Positions 13,792 through 25,134 of a DNA stretch of 64,000 nucleotides are shown in pieces. Within the stretch, counting starts at the first letter, position 1; each line of letters starts with the position of its first letter. The notes below the pieces were generated by a model. That model was not told the origin of the DNA. It was given only the letters and a program-made list of their open reading frames with translations, and did not search any database. Origin of the DNA: Psammoneis japonica (taxonomy: Eukaryota); assembly GCA_008632985.1 (NCBI GenBank), contig QPGO01000098.1:124001-188000 (forward strand), given 5' to 3'. Position numbers and translations under genes: made by a program.

Positions 13792-14198
13792 CGTGTGGGC
13801 ACACGGCAGTTTACGCCGCAGAGATAGAAACAGCAACAGCAGACAACTCAGGAGGTGCGAATTGACCAGTTGCTAAATTGTGAGAACAAAAACTGCTCTG
13901 CTCGACAACCAACAAGAATTTGTAAAGAACGAGAAGTGACCCGCATTTGTGCCAAACTCAACATGGATGAACGCAGTGAAAAGACTTGGCAGGAACGAGA
14001 AGTTCTTGATTGCATAAAAGAAAAGAAGAAGTGAGGCTCAATTCTTGATTTGAACCCAAGACCTCCGATCTCATTCGTTTCTCGAGCTGTGATTGGGTGA
14101 GTCGTCGTTGATGGTGGTTGATGGCGGTTTCTGAGCGGTCATTGTCACACGCAGGACTTGATGGCACAATGACACATGAATGTGTGTACATTCTCACA
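13792..14198 (-). repeat. LTR shared by Copia copies 1 and 2
   Basis: Precedes gag of copy 1 and directly follows the RNase H end and PPT of copy 2. Confidence 0.8.
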
Positions 14199-17100
14199 CT
14201 CCCTCGTGCCGAAATGTCCGAGTTGTTGCCATCCCTGAACCGAGAGACGATGGCGAATGAACGTCGCCAGGTCCGGCATTTTCGTCAGGAAGTCAGCCTG
14301 TTGGAGTTTTGTTCCAACAGCTTCAATTGGGAGACGTCCGTTGGCGACTTCAGAGCGGAAGTGGTGATGGACATTGTTGATGTGACACATTCTTGGACGC
14401 ATCTTGGGCACCTTTGCAATCTCAAGTGCTGCCGAGTTGTCCTCAAACAATTTGCAGCAAACTGTTGGTGTGGTCGCCACAGGGCAGAACTTCTTGTTCA
14501 CCTCCTCAAGGAGATGCACAGATGCTTTTACATGCCTGGCAGCAGCCGACAAGGCCAAGCATTCACTCTCACTGCTGCTGAGAGCAAGCTGAGTCTGCAA
14601 CTTGGATGACCAGCAGAGAGGAGCCCCTCTGTGCTTGATGACACAGCAGCTGCGAGACTTTGCCATGTTGGGATCCTCTGCTGCGATCATCTTGTCCCAA
14701 TTGCCGCAAAAGTCAGTGTCCACACAGCATTCAAAGCTCTTGGTGCCATCTGGTGGGACATGGATGCAGCAGCCCTTGTCTTGAGTCAGCAAAAGGTGTC
14801 GTCCAAGGTGCTTGAGGGCCACACCATGGGATTTCTTTGGATTGGCAGTGAGCCGGGCCAGTTGATGAGTTGTGCATGTGACATCAGGGCGAGTGGACTT
14901 CTCCAGGAAGTTGACCTTGCCCATGACCGATCGGCAGTCAAAATCACAATCAAAAGGTTTGCCATCAAAGTCAGGCCCAATGAGCCTGGCAGAGAGAGCT
15001 GGGAGCTCCCTGGTGGTCACTGCCTTCTTTGGAGTGCCATCTTTGTTGATGAGTCTAAGATCAGTGAGGATGCTGTTGATGAGGTGAGGCTGAGCCAAGT
15101 GATGTTGGTCCTTCTCCTTCTGAATCTTGACTCCAAGGTGCTCATCAATGGTTCCTTCATCCTCTGCATCAAATGTGGTTTGCATCAACTTGACAACCTT
15201 GTCAACATTGGCTGCAGACTCTTTGTCAAAGACAAGGCAATCATCTGTGCAGACCAGCAGGACTGTTGTTCCTTCACAAAAGATGCATCCATCAAACTCC
15301 ATTGGAGCAAATCCAAGTTGCAACAACCCGGCTCGAAGGTGTTTGCACCAAGTTTGTCCACTGTCATGTTTGCCACAGATGTTCTTCTTAACGTGGAGAC
15401 AGCACTTGTTGCAATCAATGCTGAGAAATGTCACTCCCTCAGGTGGCTCCATGAAGGCAGGTCATGGAATGTCCACTTGTGGGCACGCAAGGACAAAATC
15501 AACCTGTCTCGAGTGCCATCCATGCACAACACACAGATGCAGAAACAGACGGATCATTGTCCACGACAAGGCAGGAGCACAAGTCTGGTCACAGTGCTTT
15601 CCAGGAATTTGTTTGTGCCTGCCAAGGTTGAGTCAACTGTTCCACTTGTAGACTTCGTGTGCGTGGATTCGGCACTTGCGCTTCATTGACCACACTGCTG
15701 GCAGGATGGTCTTGTCATCAGGCACATCGGTTTTCTTGCACAGCTCCTGATGATCACGAGTGGCATGGTCTTGCATTTCCTTGACCATGGCCTCCTTGAA
15801 CTGCTCTGCATCTGGCTGCTTCATGGCTTCATGCGTGCACATGGCATCGGGGTCAGCAGAGGCCTTCAAGGAGCAAGCAATGGGGTCATCAAGTTCTGCC
15901 TGAAAATCCTGTTCTGAGTGCATGTCTTGGTCCAGTGCTTCGAAGTTGGCTTGGCATGAGACAACATCAGCCTGCCATTGCAATTCTGACTCAATCATGT
16001 GCTGTGTTGGCTGAACAGTGCATCCAGACCATGTTGTCCATGCCACTGGTGGAGGCTCTGGCTCAGGAACTTCCAACTCTGGCAATGATTCTTGGGTCTC
16101 AGAGACTCCCTCATTCATTGCATTTGTCGTGTCTTCCTCGTCTTCCACCAGTTCTTCCGGCACAGTTGCTTCCAAAGGCATTTCAGCAGGTTCAGCACCA
16201 TGGTGGACGTTTGTTGTGGTTTGCATGGCCTTGACGCATGCCATTGTTTCTGTCTTCCCATTGAATTGTGGTTGAAGTTTTGAGTCTTGGATGAAGTGGC
16301 AGATCTGCTGCCAGTGGGACTCAGTCACGCATTGGGATTTGAGCATTTCGAACAAATTGTCAAATCTCACGTGACATTGTGGTGAGACCATCCCTGTGGC
16401 GAGGTTCAGAACCAAAGCAACTGAGCAAGAATGTCTTGGCAATGGTCCAAGACATGGACCAACTTGTGAGCGAGGGTCCCGCTTGGGGACAGTGCTGTTG
16501 GACTGCAATTTGTTGTTGAGAATGTAGACTGGGCAAGCGAACGGATGAAAATGTCAAATCTTGGGTTTTGCTGGTGCTTTTGAGAAAAGTTCGATTGGCA
16601 AGGCCTGTTGACCAGCTCTTGGTGCACAGTTGTGCACAGCGTGTCAAATGGTGCAAGGCCACAGAGTGACCTCTGCCACCATTGGCCATCGATGCTTGGT
16701 GTGAATGAGTTGTGTGCAAGCTGAGTCTTGGAGGTCTTGAGTTCTCTTCTTGCAAATGCCATTTTGAAAGTGAGCATTAACTCCACAGAAGGACATTGTT
16801 TGATTCACATCCTTTGCTGCCTTGAGGCATGCATCATCTGTGAAATGACCGTTGTCGGCATGACAGTGACGAGTGTGGTCTCTGAGTGAGCAAGAACATG
16901 CTTCAAACACACACGCTTGGCCGCAGCAGTCTCAACTCCAGTCAATGTTGTTTGCAGACAAACAAAAGACAGATCACTGCAGTGATCAACAAACAGGGCA
17001 GCGCATCTGCAGCGTTTTGTTGTTGCCCAACCTTTCAATTGACCAACTGGGCCTGGTGTTGTCACGTCAAGCTGATCTGCCAACACACACTGATTGGGCT

Positions 17101-18478
17101 CCACAGCTTTGAATGTTTTGTGATTGTTCAGTGTCCCCTTTGACTTTCCAAGGCACTTCAGTCGCTTTTCCGAATCGACAAGCAGCACATTGAGGGACAC
17201 GACACTTAGAAAGACAACAAGGCAAGTCTCCACTGTGAGCCACAGCTTGGATGTGCAAAAATGGGAGATGACCAAGCCGACAGTGCCAAAGTGACAATTC
17301 GTGGGACGGATTTGTCGGTGTGATGATTTCTTTGATCTCTCGATGAATGATTCTTGATCTGAATCGTCCTCTGACAGGTTAAATTTGACTGTGTTGGGGT
17401 TGGACAAAGGTGTTGATTGATCCGCAGGAGTGGCTTCCTTGCATGGGTTAGTTGTGTTGTTGGGTGCTTCATCAACAGGAATGACAGTCAGATTGGAGGG
17501 TTGCTTGACATGGTCCAAGACCCTGCCAGGTGGAGGATCATGGTTGCGAGCAACAGCAGCATCAGGAGTGTTGTCATTGGGTGCAACAAGGTGCACCCGG
17601 AATGCACAAAAATTTTCGTCACGACAACAGTCTCGCATGTTTTTCATGATGCCTGAAGGGACTTAGAAGACAGGGCGGAGCAAAAGACACCAACGTTGCT
17701 TTTGTTGAGGGGGACCGACCACGTGCATTTTTGATCCATCCACTCTGGTGTGATGCAGTTGTTCATGGTTGCAGCACAAGTCCCTTCTTTTTGGTGTGCG
17801 GAGACAAGAGCCAAACAGGCAGGTTGGGGACACAGCACACGCCGGGGACATGCATGGAATGGGTCTGTCTGAGGTCATCTTGGATGGGCCAACAGACAGC
17901 TCCCTTGCAAGAGGTGGGTGCATTGCCTGACTCACCTTTGACGCCAACGCTGACCTTCGTTGGCACCAGTGACATGAAGTCAGACATTGAGTTGGTCAGA
18001 CAATGCAAGGTGTGGGGTCATCAACGCCAATCAAAAATGAGTTGGTGTCACAGCTGTGGTCATTGCAGGCAGAGTGTTGTTCCATGTCGGTGGCAGAAGA
18101 GCATCCAATGATGGGCTCACAGGTGATGTGGACCTCAACGGCCTTGTGCATGACACATGCCCCACATTTGCAACAAATGCATTGATGGTGGCAAGTGGAG
18201 CCTTTCTTGCACCGTCTCTGAGACCTCTGGACTCAAGGCTTGGGGTTGAAGTTGAAGCAGAAGGGCTTGGCTAAGTCAGACAAAGAGCACAACAGATCAC
18301 ATGCACTGCCAATCACGTTGGCTGTGATGGGAACTACTTTCATCAAGAAAGTTTCCACAATCTCATCAGTGCAGGCCAAGATTGCAAACAGTGTGATGGG
18401 CAGTGTTGTGCAGATCGACTCCAAACCTGACCGCCACCTTCATTTGTCATGAGCTTCTTTGGTCACGTCGTTGATGCC
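14199..18478 (-). mobile_element. Ty1/Copia copy 2, same family, 5'-truncated (no gag), more decayed
   Basis: Colinear with 8115-12430 of copy 1. RT/RNase H in ORF 14145-15452. Homology stops at ~18478. Confidence 0.9.
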
Positions 18479-21400
18479 ATCTGTGTCATCCCCTGGATTG
18501 GGGCTCACATTTGTGTGTAAATGGTGGCAGCACTTAAGTCCATTTTGCTCTCATTCTGCCTTGATGGTGTCTGCCACTCCTGCAAACCAAACTTTCTTTT
18601 CTCTGTGTTTGCATGATTTGATGTTGAAAAGGATGTGCCAAATGTTCTGCCAGATGAGGCTCTTGCCTCTTCCTTCAGTCTTTCTCCTTCCCATCTCTTG
18701 TCTTGTTGGAAATCAGTGTCTTCAGTCACACCATCCTTTGTTGCCTTCTTTGAGCATTTCATCTTCTTCCTCATGCTGAAATTTGCAGTTTTTTTTTTTT
18801 TCCTCAATGTCTTGGCTCTCATGCTGGTGGTTGGAGCTGGGTCTTGCATTGACTGGGATCTTGCTTGCTTCTTCATGCAAATTGTCTCAGTCAGGTTCAT
18901 CCTCATGGCCATCATCTTCTGACTCAGTCATGTGTTTGTTTTCATCTTTGCTGTTGCTTTTGTCATTTTCCACTCCTGCAGTCCAATCAGTGCCACACTG
19001 GTTGTTGCCACAATTGCCCATAAATTTGAATTCTTTGATGCCTTGTGATGTGGTCATCTTCTCAACAGCTTGCATGTGCACATTGGTCAAGGGTGTGGCA
19101 GTGCATTTGAAGGGATTCAGAAGCTTGCCTGTGTGCAGGTTCACAGTGCTTTGTCCACCCTTGGGCAAATCAAATCATGGTTGCAGGCAGGTGCTGCCAA
19201 TGCTGGGCATGTCCATGGTGTTTGTTGGTTCATTCTCAACATGCAAAAGTGCAAATTCACCAAACATGAACTCAAAGTGTTCATCACAGTCAAGGTTCCT
19301 TTGTTGCACAATGGTGTGTGGACTGCAAGTGTTGGAACCTCCCCCTGTGCATGTTTGGCACAAGACAGTGTTCTTGATTGCAGCATGCTTGCAAATCAAC
19401 TTGGGCATTGTCTTGTGTGACAGGTGGCACACACAGTGGCTTGGGCTTGCTCCTTGATGGTCTGGTGGGTGCTTCACTCAACTTTGGGAATGTGGTCATT
19501 TTCGTTCTTCAGCCATGGACATCAGCTCCAGATTCATGCCATCCACAACTTCTGCTGGCATGGCCTTGAACTCAGGATTGCTCTCAATGAAATCAATCTT
19601 GAACAGAGCTGTTTTGCACTGTTGAAGAATCAAGTCTAGAACATCACAAACACTGCCATCATGCTTCTTGGAGTTCAGTCTCACACTTGATTCAGCACTT
19701 TGTCATCTTGTCTGTTGCATGCAGTGGCTTGGCACTGCACACTTCCATGGTGTCAATGCAGATGATTGTGCCTTCTCTCTGCTTCTTTGTGCATTTCAGG
19801 TGGAACAGCAACGGTGCAATTCCTCCAGTGGGAACAGCGCAAATGCTTGGTCTTGCCTTTTAGTGCATCTGTTGGCAGTCTCCAAACAACCACCATCCTG
19901 CCCACATCTTCAAGCATGATGAACAAGTTTTCACCAGATTTGAATGCAAAAACAGCTTGAAAGTTGAAAAGCCCTCACATTGGGTGTTCCAGCCTTGAAG
20001 CACAGTCTGAGAGCTTCTCAGTGCTTGTCATCTCCCCATTGGTGCAGCCTGTGGGATTCTGCTCCTCCATTGGAACCACAGTTCTGGATGCACTCCTGTG
20101 CTCCTTGATGTTCTTCTTCTTTTTTTGTCAGCATGCTCACATGCAACTGGCTTTCTTGGAGATCTTTTGCATGGTCAAAGAACTTCTGGCTTGGTGTGAA
20201 GGCACACAGTCCAACGTTGTTTTCTTTGAATGCAGCACAACTTGCTTGCAGTCTTCTTGTTGCAGGGCAGTCAGAACTCACCCGCCACTTGGTTGTCACA
20301 AGTTGCACAGCACTTGCTCATCACATTCTTTTAAATGAGGATGTTTGTGATCACATTCTGCAATCCAAGCTTTCATGTCCCCCCTTCCAGGATTGCAGCA
20401 CATTCTTCATCTAAAGAATCCACTCCTGCATTTGTGGACAGGTCTGTCTTGGTCTTTGTTGGTCACACATTGTTTGCTGGTCTCCAGCTTCCTGCCATGC
20501 TGAGGGCAGAGCCATTGTGTGGGATGATCTTGTCCACATCAACATTTTTGTTGGCTTGGTTCATGCTTGTCTCTGGTCTTTCATTTGTCAGCAGCAATCC
20601 ATGCCATGCAGTGCTCCTGCTTCTCAGCTAGAACAGGTTGATTGGTCAGATCTGGAGGTGCCAATGCTTTTGTCACCACAGTCCACTGATGAGTTGTGTC
20701 TTCATCTCTCATCTGTGCATGACTTTTGTCCCCTTTTGTCAGGTTTCTTTCTGGTGTTCCTGAGCCAATTGTCAAATGCAATCTCATCTTCATGTGCTTG
20801 CAATTTGGGGACTTGTGATTCAGCTCATTGCAGCACCATTGACACACTGTGGCACCACTCTGGGTGCCTTTCTGGGCATGGCTCTGGTCCTTCAGTCTGT
20901 CAGACTTGTCATTTGTGTGCATTCTTGCCATTGCTGTCCTTGTTGTTTGCATGCTCTTTGTCCCTTTTGTCATTCTGTTCATGAGGGTCATTGTCTTTCA
21001 GATGACTCAGTGGCACATCCACTGCCTTGTCCAGGGTCTTCAGGTGGGTGTCCTTGCCCAGGCTGCAGTCTCTCATGAAACTCTTTTTCAAACCCTTGTG
21101 GCACAGCAGTCATTGTTGCTGTTCTCCACAAACAGGAAAAATGAAGAATGTCATCCATTTCTCAAATGCTGTCTCTTGCAGCCTTTTCTTGACCATTGCA
21201 GTGCTGTCCTTGCACTAAATTTGCATTGGAGATGAATCCATCTGGCACTCTGTCTCCAAATCCTTTGCCAGTGGCATCTTGCACAGTTCTGCCATGTCAG
21301 GTGATGTGCACAAAATCATCTCAGACATGCCAACAAATGGTCAAGTTTGTGGGGCAACAGAGCCTCTCCACACTTGCAATTTTTGAAAGAATTTTTGCAC

Positions 21401-21480
21401 CACATGACTCTGCAGATGTTCAAAAAATTGTGTGGCTAAAAAGAAAAACACTGAAAGTTGTTGAACGGACCGCCCAATGA
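18479..21480 (-). mobile_element. Different Copia family, gag/integrase part only, heavily decayed
   Basis: Fragments such as SPHTIVQQRNLDCDEHFEFMFGEF..ENEPTNTM and GGQSTVNLHTGK..AVEKMTTSQGIKEFKF..DWTAGV resemble the post-integrase region of diatom Copia. No RT seen. Upper boundary approximate. Confidence 0.65.
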
Positions 21481-21959
21481 CTGGGCTGCAAAGTGGTGCA
21501 AAATGCCACCAAAGTCACAAGGAAATGTGTGTGAGTGACATGCAGCACAAACAAACCAAAAAATCATTGTCACAGTCCATCAGCTCAAAGTCCCAAATGG
21601 AGGACCCAATCATGAAGTGTGTCTCCATGTGTGTCCAAATGTGGGCACTGTTCTGGTCCACGTGCCACAGCATCCAGCACAAGCCCATGATGTGATGGTT
21701 GCAAGCAGGTCACACATTGCGGATGATGGGGTTGTCAGCAGTTTTGCAGCCCAGATGACATTGTGCACATTGCGCCGGTGAGCTTTGCTGTGCTGAGTGG
21801 AACACAGCAGAAAATGCAAGATGCATCATGTTCAAAGCAAAGGAAAACACTCAAGCTCAGTGGCCTGGTGGGCAGTGGGCAGCAAACACACCCAATGAGA
21901 CAGAAGTCTTGGGCTCAAATCCACAGAAGTGAGAATGAATCAGCCCCCCTTTTCACACA

Positions 21960-24900
21960 AACTGGCAGACACTGATCATGCTTGCAAGTGTGGCACTGAC
22001 CACTTTTTGACAGTGTCACAACTGGGGTTTTTCATCTGCTGCACCAAGTTTGTATTCTGGAGTGTGCAAAAGAGAGCATCATGACTGACTGCCAACACAG
22101 GAGAAACTGAAGCTCAACAAAAGCATGAGGAACCATGCCATTGAATGATGTGTCATCACTGCACCTTGACATGAGCTGGATCTTTCATCTGCTGTGCACA
22201 AAAACTGAGCTCCAGGAGGTCATCACACTTTCACATTCCACAAACAAGTGGCAAGGGCACCCAAATCTTTTGACAGCCAATGTCAGCCTTGCGTTTGCCC
22301 TGTGAAAGTGCGGGCCACCAGCAGAAAAAGAAAAGCAATTGTGCTGGCATCAGAAAACACAAAATTTTGCAGCTGCACCAGGAGGAAACACAAAATTGCC
22401 CAATGCTGGCATCAGCTCTGTTGTCCAGTGCAAGCACCACACAAAAAGAGGCTTCAATTTTCAAGCAAAAATGGATGAGTTCATGAAATGACAAGCTTTT
22501 TTGGAAAGAGCAGCTTCACTTTTGGGAAAAAGATTTGTCACTTGCAGTGTGGTTGTTGCTTTGACTCCTTTTAATTGCCTTTGTCAGGGCCAGATTAATT
22601 TTCAGACTCTTTTCCAGATGAGTCTTTGTCCACTGTGCCAGCGCTGTTTTGTCATTTTCTTGATGGTGTCACAGTGTGTTGAGGAGAGAAAAAACACACC
22701 ATTGGCCCAAATGGCCATTGCAAAGATTTTCCTTTTGTCTTCCCATGTGTGGTGGTGGGGAGTGCAGCATGACCTTGGTGATTTTGCATTTTTGACTCAG
22801 AAGACAGGATGAAAGAAACAGTTGGAGACTTCATTGTGCAGAAAAGGCATCATCAACCAACTCCAACAGATCATTTTGAGTGCAAGTCCTGACAAAATTT
22901 GCAGCTGTTGGTGACTGCACACACAATTTTGCACCTGCAAAAAACACTGCTGAAAATGTTCAAGCAGTGAAAAAGACCCAGATCAAAGAAGAAATCCCAA
23001 AAGCAACAAACAGGGCACAAGGAAGAGGGGTGCAACCAGAGCCAAAAAGGAGAAAGACAATGGCACTCTGTGGGCAAAGAGGGCGCATCTTTCAGGTTTG
23101 GTGACAGCTCTCCCAGCTCAGCTCACAAGCAACTCTGCCTTTCCATCAACAGCCAAGCAACTGCCATGCCATGCCCCTTTTGATGACAATGATGTGCCTT
23201 GTTGCAAGAGTTGTGGCTCTGGGCATCACAGCAAAGCTCAACTCTCTCCTCAAATGGGCCAAAGCTTGGTCAGCAAAAGACATGTTTGCCAAAGTGCAGC
23301 CACGAACAACTCAAGAGCAGAGAAGCAAATGATCTGTGATGCACTTCTGCTGCTGTGCCTTTGCATCATGCATGAAATGTGTCAATGGAGATTGGGTGGC
23401 AGCTGCACAAGACCTTGCAGCAAAGAGACAAACATTGTGGCAAATGTCTTGCAAAGGCTTGAGCAGAGCTGTTCAAAAAACAGCGTTGGTTTTTGTTCCA
23501 TGCACACCACTGCTGAAAGCAACCACAGCAAGCAACCACCATGGCAATTTGGCCAATGCTTCCTGCATGTGAAGAAGAAGTGTGCACAACTCATGTGTCA
23601 CCAAGGTGTTCACCTGGGGGTGGAGTGAACAATCTTGTTGATGACTTTGGCTGGTGCAAAAAGGGACAGCAGCTGTGTGTTTTTGTGCATTGTGTGGCAC
23701 TTTCATCTGGAGCAACAACACACCAACACAAAACAAGAGGGTCTGAGGAAGAAAAGGACACTTGGCATTGAAAAAAGGGCAGCAGCACATTGTGCCAGTG
23801 CTTTGTCTTTGCAGCGCTGACCAATGCACCTCTTTACCCTCAGCATCATGCAAAGCAAAAAAAGTGAAGGGGGGGTTGCGGTTGACTTGGCACCCCAAAA
23901 AGCTGTGATGGCAAGATTGCACAAAATGCCACCATGTGTGTGACAAGAACTCCAAAGACAAGAAACTGTTGCAAATTGTTTTTTTGGCCAATTGGCGCCA
24001 GTGCAGCAAGCAAACCACAACAGCAGCTGCTCTGTTCCAGCAAAACAAAATGACTTTAATGCGGGAGGCCAACTTGCTGGTTGCAACCATGTTCTTGTGG
24101 ACACCAACGGGGTGTCTGGATTGTGGGGCAGGGGCAGCAGCACCAAAACTGTTGACATTTGTTTCCTTTCATTCCTGTTGGGATCACATGCATCCTGTGG
24201 GCAATTGTGGAGAAAGCAGGCTGGGCATGGTGGCAACATGCATCATTTGTCCAGTGACCTGGCTTTCCTCATCCTGTTCTGAGTCAACAGCAGCAGCTGC
24301 TGCAAGGACCTGTGATTGTTTGAACAATCACATTCTGGCTCAGCAGCATTGGGCTGGGGTTGTTGCAAAGTCAGGCATCCCCACAGATGAGCCAATTTTC
24401 AGCACAAAGATGCACAAGAAAATGCTCTTTCATGGCATTCACCAGATCTGCTGCAGACACCTCACAACTTCAGTCAGTGCAGTTGTTTGAGCAGAAGAGT
24501 GCTTGGCCAAAGGGCAGTTTGCTGCTCACTGGCAGAGCATCTCTGCATGTTGTTTTGCCTGACAAACCCAGCTTGTCACTTGAGTCCATGCTGCGACACC
24601 TCATTCAGCAAATTCCTGTCAGGCTCAGTGGATGAGAAGTCATTGTTGTTGATGCAATGGACCACGTGCATTTCAAAAATCTTGGCTGCTTTCTGGACAT
24701 GTGTGATGCTTTAGAATTGATCAGAGACCAGCAAGAGATGGTGGTCTGTGCCCCTCCTTTCTGCAAGAGTGGTGCAATGTTGATGATTCAAGAGCAAGGT
24801 TTTGCTTGCAGCCCACGCTGTCTGCCCTTTGCTGCTCTCTGGCAAGAGCTGCAATTCCAGGTTCCTGGAATGGTGAGCTCCAGCTCCAGGTCTGGAGCTG

Positions 24901-25054
24901 GTGGCTTGCACCACAATCAAACAGAGTGCTCAGTCAGGAGCATCAGCCACCAGAGGAGAGCAGAGTCAGAGAACAACAGGGGACGCAGGCGCGATCGGAT
25001 GGCGATTGATTTTGGGCGGATGGGCCGCTGTGCGCCTTCGCGCAAAGTAAGTAA
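21960..25054. other. Unclassified, heavily decayed repeat/pseudogene tract
   Basis: Very few TpA or CpG and no recognisable domain. Ends in a CpG-rich ~70 bp followed by AAGTAAGTAAGT. Confidence 0.3.
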
Positions 25055-25134
25055 GTGTTATTAGCTTCTAAGTAGCAACCTAAATTTTGAAATTCAAAAA
25101 GACTTTATTATCAACGATCATAAATCAAACCATC

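Larger units (their letters stand above)
7714..14198 (-). mobile_element. Ty1/Copia LTR retrotransposon, copy 1 (near full length, inactivated)
   Basis: Order on - is gag, protease-like region, integrase, RT, RNase H. Direct repeats at ~7714-8114 and ~13792-14198. Polypurine tract GAGGGAG immediately precedes the TG start of the 3' LTR. Confidence 0.93.

Noticed and set aside
8142..18478. Alternative genetic code or programmed recoding of Tyr
   Set aside because: Neighbouring intact genes use TAT/TAC normally, replacements differ between copies, and non-coding TA is lost too.
24657..24800. DIRS-type methyltransferase-like motif (VVCAPPF)
   Set aside because: A short resemblance only, with no RT or tyrosine recombinase recognisable nearby.
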